Below, in pieces: positions 28,001-43,201 of a stretch of DNA of 64,000 nucleotides. The notes under the pieces are model-generated. The model saw nothing but the letters and a program-made list of their open reading frames with translations, searched no databases and had not been told where the DNA came from. Position 1 is the stretch's first letter; the number at the start of each line of letters is the position of its first letter. The stretch spans positions 10,292,001-10,356,000 of the forward strand of contig OX597839.1 of NCBI GenBank assembly GCA_951406725.2, written 5' to 3'. The DNA comes from Octopus vulgaris. Taxonomy: Eukaryota. Made by a program: the position numbers and the translations under genes.

Positions 28001-28396
28001 AAAGCCGCGAGCTGGCAGAAACGTTAGCACGTCGGACGAAATGCTTAGCGGTATTTCGTCTGTCTTTACGTTCTGAGTTCAAATTCCGCCGCGGTCGACT
28101 TTGCCTTTCCTCCTTTCAGGGTCGATAAATTAAGCACCAGTTACACACTGGGGTCGATGTAATCGACTTAATCCGTTTGTCTGTCTTTGTTTCTCCCTTC
28201 TGTGTTTAGCCCCTTGTGGGTAGTAAAGAAATAGGTATTTTGTCTGCCGTTACGTTCCGAGTTCAAATTCTGCCGAGGTCGACTTTGCCTTTCATCCTTT
28301 CGGACACAATAAATTAAATACCAGTTGCATTTTGGGGTCGATCTAAACGACTGGTCCCTCCCCCAAATTTCGGGCCCTGTACCTAGAGTAGAAAAG
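28001..28396 (+). mobile_element. Dimeric SINE family B insertion with a 16-bp target duplication
   Basis: attctgtaggagtaag at 27985-28000 and 28397-28412. Confidence 0.85.
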
Positions 28397-28777
28397 ATTC
28401 TGTAGGAGTAAGGACTGACCAACCGGCAACAATATGGTCAACGCTCTCAAGATTCTCATCGCAGACTTCAGCTTATTATTGTTGTTGTTGTTATTATTAT
28501 TATGTATTATTTATTGATTTATTTATTTATTATTACGCTTTGAGTTCAAATTCAGCCGAGGTCGACTTTGCCTTTCATCCTCTCGGGGTCGATAAATTAA
28601 GTACCCGTGGGATCGATGCAATCGATTAGTCCCCTACCCCCAAATTTCAGGCCTTGTGCCTCTAGAAGAAATAGTTGTTGTAGCAGTAGAAGTAGTAGTA
28701 GAAGTAGTGGTAGAAGTAGTGGTAGTGGTAGAAGTAGTTGTAGTAGTAGTAGTAGTAGCAGCAACAGCAGCCGCAGA

Positions 28778-28815
<38 letters not shown>

Positions 28816-29115
28816 TAGTTCAAAAGAAATCATTAGATTGAAAAGAAAGCATCGCCCCCCCCGTCTCCGCCATTATTGATGTTGTTGTTATTGTTGTTAT
28901 CGTCATTATTATTCGACGTTATGTAAATATTATTGTTGTTCCTAACACACACTATGTCGATCTCACTCCACCCACTCCGTTTACATAAATACACAATACC
29001 GATAACAACCTACAATCACACACACACACACACACGCCACACACATGCATATAAAAAGAGGGGCGCACGCCTACACCCCACTCTAACCCTCTAACGAACA
29101 CCCATAGTACACAAA

Positions 29116-29158
<43 letters not shown>

Positions 29159-29259
29159 ATACACATACACAAATTTTACTTTGGACCCTCACACACAGAC
29201 CGCACGCAATAAATTTATATGCACACATTTTTTATCTCTTTACCACTTTTCCTCTGAAT

Positions 29260-30015
<756 letters not shown>

Positions 30016-30030
30016 GTACCTCTCTCTCTC

Positions 30031-30061
<31 letters not shown>

Positions 30062-30602
30062 GTATGCATGTATAGATACATATATATACCCACCCTAACT
30101 TCGTGTACAAATCTGCATAGCGTCTTTCTACTCCTCACCAGCCTCCTCTCATACATACACATACGGTCTCCATGTGCTCCCCCCCCTCATAACGTCTACC
30201 ACTTCAAAACACATACCCAATACACTCACGCACGCACGCACCACACACAGACATAATCGTCTGCCATGTTTTGCCAGGGTCCTGGAGGAACTGATGGTAT
30301 ATAAAACCAGCAGTTAATAACAGTAAGATTGTCATCTGAAGATTTCAACCAATTACTTTGCCATACATGCTGCCATATTGGTCTTAAAATAAGATTTACC
30401 TTCCTTCCATCAGAAGACCTTGTGCTGTGATATTCAATTTTAAAGAGATTGTTTCACAGAACCCCATTAAAACTAGTTTCCTAGATTATTGTCGGAATGT
30501 AGGGGCACTTCAAGGGTCTTTGGAAATGGCTTTTGCAGTTTGCTTTTTACAAGTTTTTCTTTACACGCACGCAGGCATAAACGCACGTGTGTGTGTATAC
30601 AT

Positions 30603-30663
<61 letters not shown>

Positions 30664-30901
30664 CACACACATATATAACTTTGTATGTATATATATATAT
30701 ATATAATTACACACACATATATAATATATATATATATATATACATTGTATATACATATATATATATATATATTATACACTTGTATATATTTATATGTATA
30801 TATATATGTATATAAATATATACATATGTGTATTTAGTTATAGTATTTATATATGTATATATTATATATATAATATATATATTTAGTTATATATTATATA
30901 T

Positions 30902-30997
<96 letters not shown>

Positions 30998-31389
30998 AGA
31001 GAGAGAAAGAGAGAGATGTATGTATATATAATTATATGTATGTGTGAACCCACACATCACATACATTGCACACACATATGTATATATGTAATCCTGTACA
31101 CACACACACACACACTTTAGTTTGTTTTCGCCATCACGATCAAGGCCAACTCCATAGTTGAACATTGTATGTGTTTTATCGCATCTATGAATATCCAGGG
31201 GTCCAATATTTTTGTTAGACTTCCTCGGTGTATGTGACCTCTTTAGTTGTTAGATCAACGAATTGGTGGAGGTTGCTCGGTTTTGTTTGTCGCCTGTTTT
31301 TTTTTAACTTTTCTTTTAAGATGCTGACTTGGTATGCTAAGAGAGGAATGCCTACTCGATCCCTTATAAAAGTTTTTAAGAGAAATTTT

Positions 31390-31925
31390 GGAGTCGCTGT
31401 GTGGTTTCGGGTTCATTCTCACAAGCGTCTTCTACTATAGCCTCAGCCCGACCAAAACCTTGTGAGTGGATTTGGTGGACGGAAACTGAAAGAAGCCCAT
31501 CGTTTATACATATGTATGTGTATATGTTTGTGTGTCTGTGTTTGCCCCTCCCCCGACATCGCTTGACAACAGATGGCGGTGTGTTTACGACCCCGTAATC
31601 TAGAAAAAGTACTAGGCTTACACAGAATAAGTCCTGGGGTCGATTTGCTCGACTAAAGGCGGTGCTCCAGCATGGCTACAGTCAAATGACTGAAACTAGT
31701 AAAAGAGTAAAAGAATATTGCGTCTGTGTGTGTGTGTGTGTGTGTGTGTGTTTGTGTCAGTTTTTGTTCCCCTCCACCGCTTGACAACAAGTGTTGGTGT
31801 GTTTACGTTCCCGTAGCCTTGCGGTTCGGCAAAAGTGACCCATCGGATAAGTACCAGGCTTAAAATAGACAAATAAAAGTAGTGGGTACTCCTGTGTGGC
31901 TGCAATCTAATAACTGAAACAAGTA
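31390..31925 (+). mobile_element. Degenerate SINE family A copy plus a second 3' fragment
   Basis: Similarity to family A. Confidence 0.7.
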
Positions 31926-32313
31926 TCCATCAGACACCTACCATATTCTGAGCGCCTTGTTTCCCTGGGCATGGATTCACTGAAGCTACGGCGTCTGGCG
32001 ACGGACTTGGTAAACACCCACAAAGTTATCAACCACCTCACCAACAACAACACTGAACCTCTTTTTGATCTCCATGTGTCTAACACACGTGGACATGCCT
32101 ACAAAGTCAGAAAACAACACAGCTCCCATGACTTTCGGAAACATTTTTTCACGCTCAGAGTTGCTGAAGCATGGAATAAACTGCCTGCGTCAGTTGTTGA
32201 CTGCCATGACACTGCATCCTTTAAGGCCCTCATGCTTTCCGAAATCCGCCGAAACTACACCTGATTATATATACACTTTAGATGAGTTGAAGTGCACCTG
32301 AGCACTGTACACA

Positions 32314-32315
<2 letters not shown>
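31926..32315 (+). mobile_element. CR1-like LINE 3' end
   Basis: SLKLRRLATDL...NTRGHAYKV...RKHFFTLRVAEAWNKLP, a typical CR1 ORF2 C-terminus; (ATT)n tail. Confidence 0.85.
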
Positions 32316-32379
<64 letters not shown>

Positions 32380-32649
32380 AGATAAAAATAAGTATAAGAT
32401 ATTTCGTTATCTTTTTGGAAAGCAGTTCTACAACCGAGAGGTTAGAGCTGTCAAAAGAAGTTGGAGATCTGATAATGACTCCCATTCATCTTGTTTGCTC
32501 TCTTTTGTAAGCGAATATTTGGCACACTGATTTTCGAGAAACTTCCACATATAGGTGCAGGCGTGGCTGTGTGGTAAGAAGTTTGCTTCCCAACCACATG
32601 ATTCTGGGTTCAGTCCCACTGTGTGACACCTACATATGTGTATGTGTGC

Positions 32650-32683
<34 letters not shown>

Positions 32684-32814
32684 ATATATGTTTGTGTGTG
32701 TGTGTGTGTTTGTGTATGTGTGTGTGTGTGTATATATGCTAATGCACGAAACTCTCGGACCTTGAGTTATTATCTTGCTTCTGCTAAATATTAATACATC
32801 TTTCTACCTATACG

Positions 32815-33335
<521 letters not shown>

Positions 33336-33353
33336 GATACATATGTATATATA

Positions 33354-33409
<56 letters not shown>

Positions 33410-33705
33410 CACACACACACACATATACATAAGTATGTGTGTATGTGTGTGTATGTATGCATGCATGTATGTATATAGGCGTGTATATGTGTGTATACTA
33501 TTAGCTTATTGTTACAGCTTTACATCGTTGTCAGTGTTGCATTAATGTTGTTGTTGTTGCTATTGTTGTTGTTGCTGGAAGTAGATTCTTCGAGTTCCAA
33601 ATTTAATGATTTCTACCAGTATTATTAGATCTTCACACGCTCATACGCGTACATTCATTGGGTCATTGTCTTTTGAACATACCAACTGGGTAACTAACTA
33701 TTTCC

Positions 33706-34225
<520 letters not shown>

Positions 34226-34709
34226 AGTTACTTACCTTCCTACCCACCAACCAATACTTATATATTTATCTACCTGATGTATTTATTACATCAGCACGCC
34301 ACCACCAATACCAATACCCATCACCACCAGCACCACCAGCACCACCAACACCACCGCCGCCGCCGCCGCTTCCGCAAACTACACAACAACATCGTTACCC
34401 CACATCAGATCACCCGCATATCCCTTACCGAGGCCATCACCATCGCTGTAACTATCTCCGCCGTACACCATGAAACACTGCAACGTCACAAACGCTGCAG
34501 TACTGCAATATCACAACACTACATCACCGCCAGGACAGCATGCTACACCACCCTCTTCGCCTCTGATCTTGTTTGTTTGCTTCAATGAGATCTACATGTG
34601 ACCACACACATAGACGAACAGACAGGCTGGCAGGCAGGCAGGCCGGCAGACAATTAGGTGCACAGCCATATACGAAGATAGATAGACAGACAGACAGGTA
34701 TACAATGAG

Positions 34710-34930
34710 CTGGCAGAAACGTTAGCACGCCGGGCGAAATGCGTAGCCGTATTTTGTCTGTCGTTACGTTGTGAGTTCAAATTCCACCGAGGTTGACTTT
34801 GCCTTTCATCCTTTCGGGGTCGATAAATTAAGTACCAGTTACGCACTGGGGTCGATGTAATCGACTTAATCCGTTTGTCTGTCTTTGTTTGTTCCCTCTA
34901 TGTTTAGCCCCTTGTGGGTAATAAAGAAAT
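34710..34930 (+). mobile_element. SINE family B (tail type 1) with a 14-bp target duplication
   Basis: aggtatacaatgag at 34696-34709 and 34931-34944. Confidence 0.88.
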
Positions 34931-34944
34931 AGGTATACAATGAG

Positions 34945-35710
34945 AGAAGGAGAGAAGACGAGAGAGAGACACGAGAGTTGGAGAGTGAGAGAGAGAGAGA
35001 AGTGTGTGTGAAAGAGAGGCAGAAGTGAGAGAAAGAGAAGTGAAAAAGAGAGGAGAAATGAAAGTGAGAGGAGTGATAGAGGGGGAGAGGAGAAAGAAAG
35101 GGAGAAGAGAAAGATTGAGAAATTGGTTAGAAGTGAGAGAATGAGTGAGGGAGTGAGAGGGTGTAAGAGTGAATGAGAGAATGAAGGAGAGTGAGCGAGG
35201 GAGAGAAAATGAGGTTGAGAGAGAGTGAGAGTGCGAGTGAGGGAATGAGTGAGTGAGAATGAGAGAATGAAGGAGAGTGAGGGAGTGAGAGAATGAGTGA
35301 GGGAGTGAGAGAGAGTGAGAGCGAGAGTGAAGGGATGAGTGAGAGTGAGACTGAGAGAGAGTGAGAGCGAGAGTGAAGGGATGAGTGAGAGTGAGAATGA
35401 GAGAGAGAGTGAGTGAGTGAGAGTGAAGGGATGAGTGCAAGTGAGAATGAGAGAGAGCGTGAGAGTGAGTGAGAGAGACAGAGAGTGAGAAAAAGTGAGA
35501 GATTGAGAGAGAGTGTGTAGTGAGAGGGGGAGAAGGGGGAAAGGGAGAAAAAGAGAGAAGCCAAGGAACCAAAACCCATAGGCAACTGAAGCAGAAAATG
35601 TAGCAACAAGTTAAAGCTTCATACCTAGAGGGATACTGTGAGGAGAGAGAGAAAGGGAGAAAGACAGAGAAAGGAAGAGAGGCAGAGAGAAGGAGAGAGG
35701 GGAGGCAAGA
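34945..35710. repeat. Long purine-rich GA/GAGT low-complexity tract
   Basis: Direct inspection. Confidence 0.85.
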
Positions 35711-36205
35711 AACCACGAACCGTGAGTCAATGTGGTACGAAGTAGTCTATCAGAATATTAGAGTCAAATTTAGCCCAGAAGACAGGACCTACATAAAGGT
35801 AGGCAACAGAGAAGGCTCTACTAAAGATAGTCAAGAAACAGCCGCAGGTATAAAACATGGACAACGGAGAAAGTCTATTCGTAGTTATAAAAGCGGTTCT
35901 TTCGTCGACAGATTGTGCCATAGTTCCTTTCTCTTCAATCTGGCTCATAAAGATTGGATTGAACCGTGGCTATAACACGTAGATATTTGGCCAATGTATT
36001 GCATTGTAGGATCGAACCCGGAAATGAAAATAGTACAAAACCACCTTACTAATCCTCTGTCCAGTTCTGCATCCTATAGAAAATATATATACCCCGTGCA
36101 TATATCAGATATACACTATTTAACTACACTGTTATACAGACATGTATATACGTATACGAATGCACACACATAGACATAAATGTCTATATATGCACAAATA
36201 CACAT

Positions 36206-36289
<84 letters not shown>

Positions 36290-36307
36290 GCTAGCCTCTG
36301 CACGCAT

Positions 36308-36484
36308 TTTTTTCTCTCCTTGTTTCTTTCTGTGTTTCTTTTCCGTGTATCTTTCTGTTGAAGAGCGTAGGCTCGAAACGTAAAATACTTGTTTTATTTA
36401 TATTCCTGAGCGCCATACTAATACAATTGTTTGTTTGTATTCCACCTGCCTTCGTCTTTTGTTTATTTTCATAAAGCTTCCCGT
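36308..36484 (+). mobile_element. Family H1 hammerhead-bearing element (core CTGTTGA, ribozyme 36352-36385)
   Basis: Homologous to 20001-20166; 3' end abuts (TA)n. Confidence 0.75.
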
Positions 36485-36529
<45 letters not shown>

Positions 36530-36530
<1 letters not shown>

Positions 36531-36900
36531 CTCTTCACTCTTTTACTTGTTTCAGTCATTTGACTGCGGCCATGTTGGAGCACCGCCTTTTGTCGAGCAA
36601 ATCGAGCCCAGGACTTATTCTTTGTAAGCCTAGTACCTATTCTATCAGTCTCTTTTGTCGGTTGTCAAGCGATGTTGGTGGGGACAAACAGAGACACACA
36701 AACACACACACACACATACATATATATACATATATACGACGGGCTTCTTTCATTTTCCGTCTACCAAATCCACTCACAAAGCTTTGGTCGGCCCGAGGCT
36801 ATAGTAGAAGACAATTTCCCTAGGTGCCACGCAGTGGGACTGAACCCGGAACCATGTGGTTCGTAAGCAAGCTACTTACCACACAGCCACTCCTACACCT
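36530..36900 (-). mobile_element. SINE family A with an internal deletion
   Basis: Reverse complement matches head and tail. Confidence 0.85.
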
Positions 36901-37009
36901 ATATATACATATATATATACATACATGAAACACACCATCAGGTATATACATTCATAAATACCAACAGCATAAATAGCTGTTTGCTACACAACCGCACACA
37001 TAAACGCTG

Positions 37010-38425
37010 CGAATCTTACAGTCTCACACATGCAGATAAGAAACATATGGCATACCCACACACACATACACACACACACACACGCACACTCGCACGCATA
37101 CCAAGCCCCACCCCCGCACTCGACCACACACGGCTAAACACGTAAACAACGACACACATCGTTACACAACCACACACTTTACACACACTTACACACACAA
37201 AACCACACACATTGCCAGCTTTGTACACAATTACAACCACACACAGAATACCACACACACACACTCACACGCAAACACACACACACATACAGTCATATAC
37301 AGCCAAACATAAATACAGCTGCACATAGGTACACACACACTGACACACACAGATATATATATATATGAGCAGTCACAGTACACACACACACACACGCGCA
37401 CTCACACACACAAATAATACACGCACAACCGTACACATATACATACATATGCATAAATATTTAACATCACATACGCATGCACTCACACACACAACCGCAT
37501 ACACTTATACATCCACATCGATACGGCTACACTCACACACAGATATACACATAGACACACATATGCAGTCACACTTCACAACCACAGACACACACACACA
37601 CACAAACATAGAGCCACAAGCATACATGCAAATATACGCACACAAAACACACACATATACACTCTGCACATACATGCACACACACACAAGGGTTCAGCTG
37701 CCCCTACACACACACACAGATTCACACGCATAGGTTCAGCTCCCACCCCTGATTTAGTCACACCCACCCAGGTGCAGCTCCCCCCACACACATACACGCA
37801 CACACACACACATCCAGGTTCAGACACACACACACTTACACATCCAGGTTCAAGCACACACACACACGTACAAACAAACAAACACACATGCACACACACA
37901 CACAGAACACACACAAACAAACAAACACCCATGCACACACACACACACACTCACACACACAGATTCACACACGCACTTATACATCCAAGTTCAGATACAC
38001 ACACATCCAGGTTCACACACACACACACACACAATTTCAGCTACACACGCGATGACACACATAGGTTCGGCTCCCACCCTTGATTTAGCCACACACACCC
38101 AGGTGCAACCACACATACATACACACATTCACATACACAGATTCACACACACATTTATACATCCAAGTTCAGATTCACACGCACACTTATACATCCAAGT
38201 TCATACACACACACACACACACACAAATTCAGCTACACACGCGATGACACACATGGGTTCAGCTCACCCCCACACACACACGATCACACACGCACGATCA
38301 CACACACAGGTTCGGCTCCCACCCTTGGTTTAGTCACACACACCCAGGTGCAGCCCCCCCCCCACTCACTCTCACACACACAGAGATTCACATATACACA
38401 CACACTTACACATCCAGCTTAAGAA

Positions 38426-38466
<41 letters not shown>

Positions 38467-38563
38467 GATTCACACACACACACACACACATCCAGCTTAA
38501 GAAACACACACACACACACACACGCACACAAACACAGATTCACACACACACACATACACACAG

Positions 38564-38607
<44 letters not shown>

Positions 38608-38612
38608 GCACA
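37010..38612. repeat. CA-rich compound repeat with recurring 15-50 bp motifs
   Basis: ggttc(a/g)gctcccaccc..tttag.cacac..acccaggtgca at about 37733, 38064 and 38309; acatcca(g/a)gttca repeated. Confidence 0.8.
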
Positions 38613-38945
38613 CGCTTGCTAGAGGATGAGCAAGCCACTTGTTGGTTTTTCTCCTTCCTCTAACGTTTTTTCCAGACGACCAACTGTTGCAATATGCTTG
38701 GTGTGGGGCCCAGATTTAACAAAGGAGCTGTTGTAGGGGACTAATTACTAGAACCAGTTTGTATAGGAAGAGGGAGGTACGGAGACTCCAATACAACCCC
38801 TTCCCCTGGGGCACACGTACCCACGAAGCTTTGGGGGAGGGCAGGGTTGGAAATAGTGTTCTATATAGATATTAGATTGGTGTAGTCTTACATATATACA
38901 TCAACAATTGTAATAGTCTGTCAACACAGTTTGTATATGTGCACG

Positions 38946-38996
<51 letters not shown>

Positions 38997-39254
38997 GCAT
39001 GTATATACATAAAATAAAACACACACATATTCACATATGTATATGTCTATATATGTATGTATATACATACACATACATACATACATACATATATATATAG
39101 AGAGAGCTATATTATACATACATACATATATATATATAATATGTCATGATATACATAAAATAAATACACACATATTCACATATGTATATATATCTATATA
39201 TGTATGTATATACATACACATGCATACATATATATAGAGAGAGAGAGCCATATT

Positions 39255-39324
<70 letters not shown>

Positions 39325-39689
39325 CATATATATATATTATTTACGTATATACATATGCATATATATATATGTATATGAATGTATATATGGATATATCTGT
39401 GTGTGTATATGTATGCCTATGTGTGCATACATACATTTAGACAATATGAGTAATGTTATACCTCTACACGTGGCTGTGGGTATATGGTTAACCCACTCAC
39501 AGGCATAGAAAACGACATATATTCGTGATATACTTACACATACGTACACGTATGTACGCGCACATGTATGCGTGTGTGTAAATATATGTGTGCGCGCGTG
39601 TATTACGTATGTATATTTTGTATGTATGTCCTACATACACAGACAAATTTTAATCGCGACGGGCATTGCTGATTGTCGTCGGTGCCAAG

Positions 39690-40060
39690 GTTATGCATCA
39701 CTTGTTGCGAACCAAATTTCGGTAGTTTCGTATCGTTCCTTGTAGAATATGCGTCTTGAATAAATTTTGCTGGTGCACTGAATCAAAATACAGCAGCGTT
39801 AATGCAAAGAGAATCAACAGCAAGTTGCACCATGTTGTTTTCTTCAAAGAAGCCGAGCAGGGACAAAAACAGAAGCACAAACAAAAGCCAACACCCAAAA
39901 TTCTCAATGATGCAGACGACTGGAAGGCGACGGGCGATTCGAAGGAAGCTCTCTTATTCCCAAGACGTATTTCAATGATGAAATAACATTCTGATGGCAT
40001 GGTGTGACTTGACAAAAATTGTCTGCATTCTTAGGCTTATGGTGCTTTGGGAAGATATGA
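39690..40060 (+). mobile_element. Hero/NeSL-like non-LTR retrotransposon, RLE-region fragment
   Basis: VFFKEAEQG...ILNDADDWKATGDSKEALLFPRRI resembles F..EG...L..A.DW....D....L.FP..I preceding the RPD motif. Confidence 0.55.
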
Positions 40061-40121
40061 AAGGAAAAGTTTATCCTTGTGTTCTCTTTCGCAGAAGATG
40101 AACTCCTTCTGACCGGAGAGA

Positions 40122-40257
40122 GGTTAGCCTTTACGAGAGGCTGCCCTGTACAAACGGCTGTCCTTTACAGGAGGCTGTCCTTTACGAGAGGCTGCCCTGT
40201 ATAAAAGGCTGTCCTTTACAGGAGGCTGTCCTTTACAAGAGGCTGCCCTTTACAAGA
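40122..40257. repeat. 17-bp minisatellite, 8 units (ggctg(c/t)cct(t/g)tacNNNa)
   Basis: Direct inspection. Confidence 0.9.
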
Positions 40258-40265
40258 CAGTCACC

Positions 40266-40470
40266 GGACTTATTCATTGTAAGCCTAGTACTTATTCTAT
40301 CGGTCTCTCTTGCCGAACCGCTAAATGACGGGGACATAAACACACCAGCGTCGGCTGTCAAGCGATGTTGGGGTGGGAACAAACACATACACTCAAACAT
40401 GTACATATATATATACGATGGGCTTCTTTCAGTTTCTGTCTACAAATTCACTCACAAGGCTTTGGTCGGT
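40266..40470 (-). mobile_element. SINE family A internal fragment
   Basis: Similarity to family A. Confidence 0.75.
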
Positions 40471-41284
40471 CCAGATATATCCATCATAAAGCCATATACA
40501 CCCACCATCTTCCTTTTTTAACTCACTCTGTAAAACCGCATCTCACCAAGCTCCTAACCTCCCACTCGTGTCATTCTTCTCTCACTGATATTTTCTCTTT
40601 CACATTCATTTTATGCTTTTTTCCCTATTCTTTCTGATGAAGGGCTAATGTCCAAAATATTGCGAGTCTTTCTATTCCCATTAAAGCGTTAAGCGAATGC
40701 CATATTTGTTAAACCTTATCCTTCCTGTGTTATCTTTTTTCATTATTCGTTGCATTTACACGATATGTGGCTGTGTGGTTGTACATGTATGCGCATTCAT
40801 ACATAAAATATTCAAACCTATGCATACGTACATACATCTATCTCTCTCCTTCTCTCTCTCCTGTCTCTCTGTCTCTATCTGTCTGTGTCTGTCAGTCTCT
40901 CTCTCTTTAAAATGTGAACAATGAAAATTTTTAAAAAGCAAAAACTGAAAAAGCAAAAACCGCCGAAATAACCAATTGTGTCAATGAAATGACACTATAT
41001 TTTGTCTGACATTTCTCTAGAAATCAAAGGTCGCTGTACATTTGGCAATTCCTTAACGTAGGTGCAGTGTCAGTCATTGAGTCTATAATCAAAATTTGAC
41101 GATAAAGGAAGCTCACACGTAAATATGTTTTTATGAATGAATGTGTGTGTGTCTGTGTATGCATGCATGCGTAAGTGTGTGTGTCTGTGTGTGAATGTGT
41201 GTGTAGGAGGGGTAGATTAATGTATTCGAACCTGATTTGGCTCTGTCGTTACAGTGAATCCTTCGTTTCTCTTCAACCTCATAT

Positions 41285-41342
<58 letters not shown>

Positions 41343-41472
41343 ATAAATATATATATGCACATACACATATATGTGTGTCCGACTTAGTGCCTGCGTGTGT
41401 TTATTTGTGTATATGTGTGCATGTATGCATTAAGATGTATACATATATACAATTCTGCGCGCGCGCGTCTGA

Positions 41473-41505
<33 letters not shown>

Positions 41506-41733
41506 GATAGAATATGATACAATAGGATGAGAACCCAATAATTTCCAAAAATCGAGTAAGGCTATACTTCAGTTTTTCAACGTACGAAAAAGTAGCTAAA
41601 CTTGCCTTGTTTATTTTTTATTATATAGTTTACATACATACATATTTACATACATATAGATATTAATAAATATATATATATACAGACATATATATATATA
41701 CACATATATATATATATATATACACATATATAT

Positions 41734-41784
<51 letters not shown>

Positions 41785-41999
41785 ACACATTTATATATAC
41801 ATATATATATATATATATATACACATATATATATATATACACACATATATATACATATATATATATATATACATATATGTACATACATATATATATATAC
41901 ATATATATATACGTATATATATATATATACATACATACATATATACATATATACATATTATATATATATATACACTAAATACTAAATAATATATGATAT

Positions 42000-42040
<41 letters not shown>

Positions 42041-42641
42041 TATATGGGTACAGGATGTCACCATTAGTGCAAATAACATGAAATACGTAAACAAACAACT
42101 TAAATACGTAAACAACGAGAAAAAATGGGAAACAGGACAAGTAAACACAGAGAAAGGACCCTTCATCAATTGTCGGCTGTCTATATATACTCCTCATTTC
42201 GAGCATTCAGCGACCATATGAGTCTTCAAACACACGTGCTCCCATGAATTCTAAAATAAAATTTAGAATTTACGGAAGGTCAGAGGTGGGAGCAAAAACA
42301 TGACAGTGGATACATACAAGGAAGCCGAACGAAAACAAACATGGAGGGTCGTTAGACCAGAACGAGAGGAAAATAGTGAACGCTGGGAGAAACATTTTTT
42401 GGGAAAGAGAAAAGATAGAAGGGAGAGAGAAAAAAAAAAACAACACGTCTGTTCTTTTGAACGTCTGTGCAGGAAAAGAAAGATGGTCACGCGAGCAAAA
42501 GAAAGATGGACGATATAGTCACGTGTAAGCAACGAAAGAGAGCGTGAGTAGTTCGGCGAAACAGACCGGGAGAAAATAAGTACCAAGCTTAAAAATTATG
42601 TACTAGGGTCGATTTAGGTGACTAAACGTTATTGAAGCGCC

Positions 42642-42721
<80 letters not shown>

Positions 42722-42725
<4 letters not shown>

Positions 42726-42930
42726 AAGAGTTTACGAAAAAACAAAAGACGAAGACAGGTGGTGTACAAAACAAACAGATGTATATATAGATGTATATAC
42801 AGATGTATATAACGCTCTGGAATAGAAAAAGTATTTTACATTTCGAGCCTACGCTCTTCTACAGAAAGGGACACAGAAAAAACAAGGAGAGAAAAAATGT
42901 GTGTAGTGGCTAACGATCAATCATGGCGAC
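42722..42930 (-). mobile_element. Family H1 hammerhead-bearing element (ribozyme 42834-42867)
   Basis: Homologous to 48138-48355; 3' end abuts (TA)n. Confidence 0.75.
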
Positions 42931-42967
42931 TGATATATGTAATGTGTGACAATTATTCGGTAGCCAT

Positions 42968-43028
42968 GATAAAACTCCGAGTTTCGGATGCCGAAGTAGA
43001 AATCCACGCCGCCATCTGTTCAGTTATC
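42968..43028 (-). ncRNA. Hammerhead motif, family H3, with damaged core (CTGAACA)
   Basis: gataa CTGAACA gatggcgg...ggcatcc GAAA ctcggag TT ttatc; homologous to 55923-55983. Confidence 0.55.
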
Positions 43029-43159
43029 CGGCCATCGGAAAAAATGCTATCCGAGTTTGTATGATTGTGTATAGAAGAATATATTAATTAATGAAATTCC
43101 AAATAATTCTGAATTTCACGTTTTATTATTTGCAACTTTTATAATTGTACAATACTGAA

Positions 43160-43201
43160 ATAAACTAGTACTTTCATGCGTTACGCAATCATCAGGTTTA
43201 T
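43160..43201 (-). ncRNA. Minimal type I hammerhead ribozyme with canonical core
   Basis: ataaac CTGATGA t tgcg taa cgca t GAAA gtac TA gtttat; perfect 6-bp stem I, 4-bp stem II, palindromic AGTACT stem III. Confidence 0.8.

Noticed and set aside
32735-32790. Repeat gcacGAAActc...gagT(T/C)a, also at about 53785-53830 and inverted at about 57445-57500 and 59760-59800
   Set aside because: Looks like a hammerhead 3' half of another TA-associated family, but no copy retains CUGANGA, so not counted
34904-35716. 270-aa Ser/Leu/His-rich ORF
   Set aside because: Antisense reading of a GA-rich low-complexity tract
35730-35975. Possible RT fragment (GIKHG resembling G..QG)
   Set aside because: Similarity too weak to call
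40122-40257. CRISPR-like array
   Set aside because: Contiguous tandem units without unique spacers, in eukaryotic context with no cas genes
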